Of a stretch of DNA of 64,000 nucleotides, positions 57,089-64,000 are shown in pieces. The stretch's first letter is position 1; every line of letters starts with the position of its first letter. Under the pieces are notes generated by a model that was given only the letters and a program-made list of their open reading frames with translations, was not told where the DNA came from and did no database searches. The position numbers were made by a program, and so were the translations under genes. The stretch comes from Deltaproteobacteria bacterium (GTDB lineage Bacteria; Desulfobacterota; Binatia; UBA12015), in contig JAJCZO010000416.1 in assembly GCA_029262355.1 (NCBI GenBank), forward strand, positions 2,031 to 66,030. Direction: 5' to 3'.

Positions 57089-57804
57089 GTGAGCCGCTCG
57101 CGGCGCGGCGTTCGAGCCAGGACGGCTACGTCGACGACGGAGGCGCCGCTCGCGAGCAGGGCCCGACAGCACGATCCAGCCGTGGCGCCCGATGTGAGAA
57201 TGTCGTCGACCAGGAGAACGCTGCGTTCGGGCACGGACTTGCGTGCGGCGAACGTGTCGGCCGCATTCCGGCCCCTCGCGCGACGTCCCAGGCGTGCCTG
57301 AACCTGGCCGCGGGATCGGACGAGCACCTGGGGCGCGAACTGTCCGGCGCACGGAGCGCACCGCGTGAGGGCGCGGGCGAGGAGGGCCGCTTGGTTGAAG
57401 CCGCGCCCGCGCAGCTTGCTCGTGTGCAAGGGAACCGGCACGACGAGGTCGTAGCACAGCGCCCGTGCTGCCGTGTGCTCTGCGAAGTGCCGCTCGAGTG
57501 CGACACCAACCTCGGGATCGCCGCCGTACTTCCAGCGCGCGATCGCGTCGGCCAGCACGCCGCCGGCGCGGTAGGAAAAGCACGCGAACGTCCGGCGAAA
57601 CGGTGGGGGCCTCGACGCACATCGATTGCAGCGGGGCTCCGCGCCGGGCTCACCGCACTGCAGGCACGCGTCCCGGATGCAGCCCAAGTCGCGCAGGCAT
57701 GTTCCACAAAACCGCGGAGGGCCAGCGCGGTTCAGCTCCCGGCGACATCCTGCGCACGTCGGCGGGTAGAGAAGTGCCAAGAGAACGTCTACAATTCGCA
57801 TCAC
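57085..57804 (-). CDS. comF: ComF family protein (double zinc ribbon plus PRTase domain)
   Basis: LYPPTCAGC...CxxC...CxxC...CxxC; VPVPLH...RGFNQA; LLVDDILTSGAT. Confidence 0.9.
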   Translation of the reverse strand: MMRIVDVLLALLYPPTCAGCRRELNRAGPPRFCGTCLRDLGCIRDACLQCGEPGAEPRCNRCASRPPPFRRTFACFSYRAGGVLADAIARWKYGGDPEVGVALERHFAEHTAARALCYDLVVPVPLHTSKLRGRGFNQAALLARALTRCAPCAGQFAPQVLVRSRGQVQARLGRRARGRNAADTFAARKSVPERSVLLVDDILTSGATAGSCCRALLASGASVVDVAVLARTPRRERLT

Positions 57805-57911
57805 GGGAACCAGGCTCGCGTGTCGCCCCTATCCGACCAAGCTCATTGGAGCGAGGCGCGGATCGCCGACATTGTCTCGTATGCAACTGAGCGCGGGCCG
57901 GACAGGGACGG

Positions 57912-58082
57912 ATGATACGCTTCTTGATTGGCGTTGGGCTCGGAGCTGCGCTCATGTACTGGTACCTCACCGGCGAGGTGCCATTCCGCGACGAGGTCGA
58001 GCGCATGATGTCTGCGCAGACCACTTCCTACTCGGGGTCTGAGTATGCCGCCAAGGGGGGGCGAATCGTCGGCGGAGGGTGA
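57912..58082 (+). CDS. 56-aa membrane-anchored small protein (not in ORF track)
   Basis: MIRFLIGVGLGAALMYWYLTGEVPFRDEVERMMSAQTTSYSGSEYAAKGGRIVGGG; AGGGA RBS; ends 12 nt before greA. Confidence 0.65.
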   Translation: MIRFLIGVGLGAALMYWYLTGEVPFRDEVERMMSAQTTSYSGSEYAAKGGRIVGGG

Positions 58083-58094
58083 CCCGGAAGAATC

Positions 58095-58586
58095 ATGAAA
58101 GAGCTACCAATCATCTTGAAGCTCAAGGGGGAGCTGGCCGAGCTTCAAGTCGAAATGACACAGGAGCTGCCGGCACGGCTGGAAGAGGCGCGTGCCCACG
58201 GTGACCTTCGGGAGAACGCGGAGTACGATGCCGCGAAGAACCGACAGGGGCTCGTGCGAGCCCGAATGGCCCAGATTCGCGATCGCCTGGCCGACCTGTC
58301 GATGTACGACCCCTCGCGGATTCCCCGTGACCGAGTCTCCTACGGAAGCCGGGTCTCGGTGGAGGACGCCGACTCTGGCGACGAAACCGAGTACCACATC
58401 GTGTTCCCGGAGGAGGTCGAGCGTGGGACGCCGACGATCTCGATCGGCTCCCCGATCGGACAGGCGCTTCTGAACAAGGCTGTGGGCGACGCAGTCACGG
58501 TGCAGACGCCGAACGGTCGCAAGAACATGGAAATCCTCGATCTGACCACTTTGCACGACTCCGAAGATGGAGAGCCGGGCGCCTGA
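58095..58586 (+). CDS. greA: Transcription elongation factor GreA
   Basis: ARAHGDLRENAEYDAAK and ISIGSPIGQALL motifs. Confidence 0.95.
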   Translation: MKELPIILKLKGELAELQVEMTQELPARLEEARAHGDLRENAEYDAAKNRQGLVRARMAQIRDRLADLSMYDPSRIPRDRVSYGSRVSVEDADSGDETEYHIVFPEEVERGTPTISIGSPIGQALLNKAVGDAVTVQTPNGRKNMEILDLTTLHDSEDGEPGA

Positions 58587-58671
58587 AGCTTCGTTTCGCG
58601 TTTCCATCCATATTCCGAGCAGTTGTCGGTCCGCAGAGCGCGTGCTAATCGTTTTTCACCCTCGGTCGTCG

Positions 58672-58699
58672 AAAAGTGGGCCCCACGCCCGCTTTTTTT
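58672..58699 (+). promoter_or_regulatory. rimP-leader terminator/attenuator hairpin
   Basis: AAAAGTGGGC-CCCAC-GCCCGCTTTTTTT, the GGGC...GCCC hairpin plus U-tract typically found upstream of rimP-nusA. Confidence 0.75.
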
Positions 58700-58758
58700 G
58701 TTTGTACCGTCTGCTCCGGTGGACGGTATGCGGTCCGGGGCGTTAAGCGGAGACAATT

Positions 58759-59247
58759 TTGAGCGTACAGGTTCCAAACGCGGTGGCGGGGCTCGTCGAG
58801 CCGGTGGCCGAGGCCCATGGCCTCGAGCTGGTCGAGGTCCAATTTGCGCCCGCCGGCGACCGGAGCGTCCTGCGGCTCACTCTCGACCGAGACGGGGGCG
58901 TGACGGTGGACGACCTGGCCCGGATGAGCCGCGAGGTCGGCGACCTGCTCGATGCGAACGATGCGATGCCTGCCGGGTACACGCTAGAGTGTTCCTCGCC
59001 AGGGGTGAATCGCCCGCTCAACAAGCCCGCAGACTTCATCCGGTTCTGCGGCAAACCGGTCTCTTTGCAGACGAACACGGCAATCGAGGGCCAGCGGAAG
59101 TTCGAGGGGCTGCTCGTAGCCGCTGGCGAAGACGGTATCGAGATCGATGACCGCTCGCGAGGCCGCCTTTCCGTACCGTATGGGCAGATCGCCAAGGCCC
59201 GCTACGAGCACGACTTCGCCCGGGATCTCCGCGGCGAGCGAGACTGA
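58759..59247 (+). CDS. rimP: Ribosome maturation factor RimP
   Basis: GLELVEV, LRLTLDRDGGVTVDD and YTLECSSPGVNRPL motifs. Confidence 0.95.
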   Translation: MSVQVPNAVAGLVEPVAEAHGLELVEVQFAPAGDRSVLRLTLDRDGGVTVDDLARMSREVGDLLDANDAMPAGYTLECSSPGVNRPLNKPADFIRFCGKPVSLQTNTAIEGQRKFEGLLVAAGEDGIEIDDRSRGRLSVPYGQIAKARYEHDFARDLRGERD

Positions 59248-59256
59248 GGGACGAAG

Positions 59257-60786
59257 ATGGAGCTCCCGCTCGGCCGCGTCATAGAACAAGTCAGCAAAGA
59301 GAAGCAGATCGATCGCGATGTGGTCATCGAGGCCGTCGAGAGCGCGATGGTCCAGGCTGCGCGCAAGATGCTCGGTGCCGAGCGTCAGATCGAAGCGCAG
59401 TACAATCACGACATCGGAGAGGTCGAGTTGTTCGAGATCAAGCGCGTGGTCGATGAGGTCATCGACCCGTTGTCTGAGATTACCCTCGAGACCGCTCGCA
59501 AGACCTACGACGAAGGGGCAGAGGTTGGCGACGAATTTCTCGCTAAGCTGCCTCGAAGCGATTTCGGTCGAATCGGCGCGCAGGCAGCCAAGCAGGCGAT
59601 CATCCAAAAGGTTCGCGACGCTGAGCGCGAGATCATCTACAACGAGTTCAAGGACCGGAAGGGCGAGATCTTCTCGGGGATCGTTCAGCGTTTCGAGCGC
59701 AAGAACATCATCGTGAACCTCGGTCGGACCGACGCGATCCTACCGGAGCGCGAGCAGATCCCCCGCGAGCGGTATCGCCAGGGCGACCGCATCCGGGCCT
59801 ATATCTACGACGTCGATCTCACGGCCAAGGGGCCGCAGATCATCCTGAGCCGTACTCACCCGAACCTTCTCATCGAGCTTTTCAGGCAGGAAGTGCCGGA
59901 GATCTACGAGGGCATCGTCGAGGTCAAGGCCGCCGTGCGCGAGCCGGGCGGACGCGCCAAGATCGCCGTCGTTTCCAACGACCGCGACGTCGATCCGGTC
60001 GGCGCGTGTGTCGGCATGAGGGGAACGCGCGTGCAGTCCGTCGTACAGGAACTGCGCGGCGAGAAGATCGACATCATCCATTGGACGGAGGACCCGGCGG
60101 AGTTCGTCTGCCGAGCCCTGGCGCCGTCCAAGGTGGCGAAGATCATTCTCGACGAGGACGAGCACTCGATGGAAGTGATCGTCCCCGACGACCAGCTTTC
60201 GTTGGCGATCGGTAAGAAAGGGCAGAACGTGACGCTCGCGTCGCGGCTCACCAGCTGGCGTCTCGACGTTCGCGGCGAGTCCGAGGCCGACGAAGAGGTG
60301 CGCCAGTCTCGTGCCTCGTTGACCGGGATTCCGGTCGTCAGCGACGTCACGGCCGAACTGTTGATGCAGCACGGCTTCAAGTCGGCTGAAGAGGTCTCGC
60401 TCTCTGCCATTGAGTCGGTCGCCGAGGTCGAGGGCATCGATGCCGAGCGCGCCCAGGCGATCATCGAATCCGCGATTCCACACGTTGCGGAGGTGAAGGT
60501 GCTCGAGGCTGAAGCTGCGGTGAAGGCCGCCGAAGAGGCGGTCAAGGCCGAGGCAGAGGCCGCGCGTGTCCTCGAAGAAGCGCTCGCGCTCGAAGGAGAT
60601 TCCGAGGCGGACGAGTCGGGTGCCGTCGTCGGGGACGAGCCGGGCGCACCCGCTGGGGACGAGCCCGCCGCACCCGCTGGGGACGCTCCGGCCGATGGGC
60701 CGGCGGCAGTCGTCGCGGGTACCCCGGACGCGGAAGCTCCGGCCGTCGGTGGAGAAGATCCAGCTGTCGAGGGAGACAAAGCTTGA
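59257..60786 (+). CDS. nusA: Transcription termination factor NusA
   Basis: FGRIGAQAAKQ, REPGGRAKIAV, DPVGACVGMRG.R and LAIGKKGQNV motifs; acidic low-complexity tail. Confidence 0.97.
   Translation: MELPLGRVIEQVSKEKQIDRDVVIEAVESAMVQAARKMLGAERQIEAQYNHDIGEVELFEIKRVVDEVIDPLSEITLETARKTYDEGAEVGDEFLAKLPRSDFGRIGAQAAKQAIIQKVRDAEREIIYNEFKDRKGEIFSGIVQRFERKNIIVNLGRTDAILPEREQIPRERYRQGDRIRAYIYDVDLTAKGPQIILSRTHPNLLIELFRQEVPEIYEGIVEVKAAVREPGGRAKIAVVSNDRDVDPVGACVGMRGTRVQSVVQELRGEKIDIIHWTEDPAEFVCRALAPSKVAKIILDEDEHSMEVIVPDDQLSLAIGKKGQNVTLASRLTSWRLDVRGESEADEEVRQSRASLTGIPVVSDVTAELLMQHGFKSAEEVSLSAIESVAEVEGIDAERAQAIIESAIPHVAEVKVLEAEAAVKAAEEAVKAEAEAARVLEEALALEGDSEADESGAVVGDEPGAPAGDEPAAPAGDAPADGPAAVVAGTPDAEAPAVGGEDPAVEGDKA
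60631..60690 (+). repeat. 24-bp tandem repeat (~2.5 copies) in the nusA tail
   Basis: GGGGACGAGCCGGGCGCACCCGCT / GGGGACGAGCCCGCCGCACCCGCT / GGGGACGCTCCG, encoding GDEPGAPA-GDEPAAPA-GDAP. Confidence 0.8.
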
Positions 60787-61052
60787 GCGCGACCTCACAT
60801 CGGCGCCATGAGCCCATCCGCACCTGTGCGGGCTGTGGCCAGCGTGCGCTCGGTGCGCAGATGCGCCGATTCGGGCTCGTAGGGGATGGTGGTTTGGAGT
60901 GGCGACGGGCAGGTGGTCGAGGTAGCTATCTGCATCAGTCGGGGGACTGCGCGCGGGACTTCGTTGCGCGTAAGAAGCGAGTGCCGGGCCTGCGGGCCCG
61001 TGTTGCGCGTGAGGCCCGAGAGGCCCTCGTCGCAACTGCCGAGCTTTCCTGA
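60783..61052 (+). CDS. ylxR: YlxR (DUF448) family RNA-binding protein
   Basis: PIRTCAGC...RF...GRGSYLH...C; located between nusA and infB. Confidence 0.85.
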   Translation: MSATSHRRHEPIRTCAGCGQRALGAQMRRFGLVGDGGLEWRRAGGRGSYLHQSGDCARDFVARKKRVPGLRARVAREAREALVATAELS

Positions 61053-61082
61053 GCGGATGAACCGAAGAAGGACCGAGGGATT

Positions 61083-63932
61083 ATGGCCAAGAGGATCCAC
61101 GAACTGGCGAAGGAATGGGGGCTGCCCACAAAGGAGCTCATCGCCAGACTCGAGGAGTTGGGTATCACGGGCAAGCGTTCGCAGAGCAGCCTCCCGGATG
61201 CCGATCTCGGACGCGTCCAAGCTGCGATTGGTCGTGGCGCTTCCGATTCGTCGATTCGTGTTGGCGACGAGCGCGTCGTCGGCGAGCGTGTCGTCACCGA
61301 GAGAGACGCTGCCGGGGAGGTAACGACCCGAGAGCGGATCGTAGAAGCACGTGTCGGCACCAACGTGATTCGCCGGCGCCGCAAGAAAGTCGAAGTCATC
61401 GAGCGCAAGGAGCTATCCGGCGCCGACAAGGCTTCGATGGAAGACGGTAGTCTGCTCGATTTACCGGATCTCCCACCGGCACCGGAAGGTGGTGGCGAGG
61501 CCAGTCTGGTAGCGCTCGAGCCTGAATCCGCGCCGATGCTGGGCGACGATTCCTCGGCTTCCGACGATGCCGCCTTGCTCGACCTTCCGGAACCCGAGCC
61601 GGCCCAGGAGCCCGTAGCCTCCGAGCCGGTTGCCGAGGCACCGAGCGAAGCGGAAGTCCCGGATGCGACGAACGATGCGGCGAAGGCCGTGCCGGCCGCC
61701 GAACCGACTCCGCCTGCCGAAGGCGCGCCACCGAGCGAAGCCGCACCGGCGGCCGAGATCGCCCCCGAAGCGCCCGTACGACAAGCTCGTCCGGCTGCTC
61801 CGCGGATCGATCCGTCCGCGCCGAGTCTCGACGACGGCATGCGCCGAGTTCAGGTTCTCGGCAAGATCGACTTGAAGAAGGCCGAGCCGCCGCCGCGGCC
61901 GGCGCGCTCCACCACCACAGGCGCAGGGCCGGCACCGACCGGCGAGACGCCGGCAGGAACCGACGATAGCCCGCGCCGCCGCAAGGGCAAGAAGGTCATT
62001 CGCAAGCCGGGCCAGTTCGATCCGTTCGGCGAGCGCAAGAGTGGCCGCATGGGCCGCAAGCCGCAGAAGAAGCGCGCTGCGCCCGGCAAGGAACAGCGCC
62101 GCACCGAAATCACCACACCGTCTGCGCACAAGCGGCAGGTTCGCATTACGGAGGGCATCACGGTCGGCGATCTCGCCAAAGCCATGGGCCTGAAGGCAGG
62201 CGAAGTCATCAAGAAGCTCATGGAAATGGGCGTGATGGCGACGATGAACCATTTCCTCGACCCGGATCACGCGACCTTGGTCGCGTCGGAGTTCGACTAC
62301 ACCGTCGAGAACGTCGCGTTCGATGCCGAGAAGGAGATCGAGGGCACCGAGACCGAGGAGACGAAGGGCGAGCCGCAGCCGCGTGACGCCGTGGTTACCG
62401 TGATGGGCCACGTCGACCACGGCAAAACGTCCTTGCTGGACTACATTCGTGAAGCGAAAGTCGCCGATGGTGAAGCGGGTGGGATCACCCAGCACATGGG
62501 CGCTTACACCGCCGACGTGAATGGCCGCCGGATCGCGTTCCTGGATACGCCCGGCCATGAGGCGTTCACCTCGATGCGTGCTCGCGGGGCGAAGGTGACG
62601 GATATCGTCATCCTCGTGGTCGCTGCCGACGACGGTGTCATGCCGCAGACGATCGAGGCGATCAATCACGCCCGAGCCGCCGAGGTGCCTGTCATCGTGG
62701 CGGTCAACAAGATCGACCGTGCGGACGCCGACCTGGAGAAGGTGAAGCAGGGGTTGTCCGACAACGGCGTCGTCCCCGAGGATTGGGGCGGTGACACGAC
62801 CTTCGTGCCGGTGTCCGCCAAGACCGGTGAGGGTATTGACCAGCTGCTCGAGATCGTTCTGCTCCAGGCCGATCTGATGGAGCTGAAGGCCAACCCAGAG
62901 TTGCGAGCGCGTGGCTCGATCGTCGAGGCCAAGCTCGACCGTGGTCGCGGGCCTGTCGCCACCGTGCTCGTCCAAGAAGGCACCCTGCGTGCGGGCGATC
63001 CGTTCGTCGTGGGACTTCAGCACGGACGCCTCAGGGCCATGCTCGATTGGCAAGGCAACTTGGTGAAGGAAGCCGGGCCGTCGACGCCGGTGTCGATCCT
63101 CGGCTTGAGCGGCGTGCCGGCTGCCGGCGACTCGTTTGCCGTGGTCGCCGACGAAGCGACTGCGCGACAGGTTGCCGACCACCGAAGCGACAAGCAACGC
63201 CAGTCCGAATTGTCCAAGCCGACCAAGGTGTCGCTCGACGACCTCTACAAGCAGCTCGAGTCCGACAGCGCGAAGGAGCTTCGTGTGGTCTTGAAGGTCG
63301 ACGTGCAGGGCTCCGTGGACGCCCTCGTCGATGCATTCGCGAGGCTTGCGAATGATGAAGTGAAGGTCTCCACGATCCACTCCTCGGTAGGCGGGGTCAC
63401 CGAGACCGACGTGCTTCTGGCGTCGGCATCGAACGCGGTCATCATCGGCTTCAACGTCCGACCGGAGCCAAAGGCGGCCAAGCTCGCCGAGCGCGAGGGC
63501 GTCGACGTGCGCCTGTATACGATCATTTACGACGCGATCAACCAGGTTCGCGACGCGCTCGAGGGCATGCTCGCTCCGGCCGTGCGCGAACGGACCGTCG
63601 GTCGCGCGGAAGTCCGCCAGGTGTTCGGCGTAAGTGGTGCCGGCGTGATTGCGGGCTCCTCGGTAATCGACGGCAAGATCGTTCGCGGCGCCCTTGCGCG
63701 TCTCTTGCGTGACCACGCGGTCGTGCACGAGGGGAAGATCGGCAGCCTGCGCCGCTTCAAGGACGACGCGCGCGAGGTCGCCTCGGGCTACGAGTGTGGT
63801 ATCGGCCTCGAGGGGTTCAACGACCTGAAGCCCGGCGATGTCATCGAGGTCTATGAGCTCGAGGAAGTCGCTCGAAAGCTCACGCCGCAGGTATCGCACG
63901 GCAACCAGCCGAGCGCGGCCAGCGTCGCTTGA
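61083..63932 (+). CDS. infB: Translation initiation factor IF-2
   Basis: [10 protein letters not shown]-domain; [12 protein letters not shown]; DTPGHEAF; NKID; SLRRFKDD. Confidence 0.98.
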   Translation: MAKRIHELAKEWGLPTKELIARLEELGITGKRSQSSLPDADLGRVQAAIGRGASDSSIRVGDERVVGERVVTERDAAGEVTTRERIVEARVGTNVIRRRRKKVEVIERKELSGADKASMEDGSLLDLPDLPPAPEGGGEASLVALEPESAPMLGDDSSASDDAALLDLPEPEPAQEPVASEPVAEAPSEAEVPDATNDAAKAVPAAEPTPPAEGAPPSEAAPAAEIAPEAPVRQARPAAPRIDPSAPSLDDGMRRVQVLGKIDLKKAEPPPRPARSTTTGAGPAPTGETPAGTDDSPRRRKGKKVIRKPGQFDPFGERKSGRMGRKPQKKRAAPGKEQRRTEITTPSAHKRQVRITEGITVGDLAKAMGLKAGEVIKKLMEMGVMATMNHFLDPDHATLVASEFDYTVENVAFDAEKEIEGTETEETKGEPQPRDAVVTVMGHVDHGKTSLLDYIREAKVADGEAGGITQHMGAYTADVNGRRIAFLDTPGHEAFTSMRARGAKVTDIVILVVAADDGVMPQTIEAINHARAAEVPVIVAVNKIDRADADLEKVKQGLSDNGVVPEDWGGDTTFVPVSAKTGEGIDQLLEIVLLQADLMELKANPELRARGSIVEAKLDRGRGPVATVLVQEGTLRAGDPFVVGLQHGRLRAMLDWQGNLVKEAGPSTPVSILGLSGVPAAGDSFAVVADEATARQVADHRSDKQRQSELSKPTKVSLDDLYKQLESDSAKELRVVLKVDVQGSVDALVDAFARLANDEVKVSTIHSSVGGVTETDVLLASASNAVIIGFNVRPEPKAAKLAEREGVDVRLYTIIYDAINQVRDALEGMLAPAVRERTVGRAEVRQVFGVSGAGVIAGSSVIDGKIVRGALARLLRDHAVVHEGKIGSLRRFKDDAREVASGYECGIGLEGFNDLKPGDVIEVYELEEVARKLTPQVSHGNQPSAASVA

Positions 63933-64000
63933 TGGGTTCCCGGGCGCGTTCGCTCGTTCGCGGTTGAAGAAAGCGAATCCTGTTTGAAGCGTGATCGCCG

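Noticed and set aside
63991-64000. Possible start of a DUF503/ylxP gene after infB (GTG ATC GCC)
   Set aside because: Only three codons are inside the window, so the call rests on synteny alone.

Overview
This is a high-GC bacterial chromosome segment from a diderm organism (lpxD and lptE are present). Gene order and protein style suggest a Deltaproteobacteria-like lineage, possibly Binatia; that assignment is inference. No CRISPR array, transposase, integrase or prophage is visible. The left ~34 kb mixes accessory and metabolic genes: an ECF sigma/zf-HC2 anti-sigma pair, several Cys-rich secreted proteins, a thiolase plus an HMG-CoA-synthase-like/DUF35 fusion, a pentose-phosphate cluster (tal-tkt-rpiA-gnd-zwf-glk), tRNA-Asn, imuA-imuB, hisN, ilvD, a pseudo-kinase with an NtrC-family regulator, and a small surface-glycan locus. 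The right ~30 kb is core housekeeping: hisIG, lpxD, yceD-rpmF-plsX-fabD-fabG-acpP-glyA-nrdR-ribD-ribBA-ribH-nusB-leuS-lptE-holA, rpsT, mazG, grxC-pyrD, purN, comF, greA and rimP-nusA-ylxR-infB. The best leads are: (1) a structured ~260-nt leader whose last hairpin pairs with the RBS and start codon of two tandem secreted proteins sharing a vicinal-Cys domain; (2) a RibBA whose DHBP-synthase half has lost its catalytic residues, in an operon that also lacks riboflavin synthase, fabH, fabF and rpiB; (3) a PhlABC-like thiolase complex; (4) a metal-free Cu/Zn-SOD-fold protein; (5) imuAB without dnaE2, behind a GGCGAA-N5-GGCGAA candidate SOS operator; (6) several small membrane proteins missed by the ORF track. 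All family assignments come from motif recognition by eye; no searches were run.
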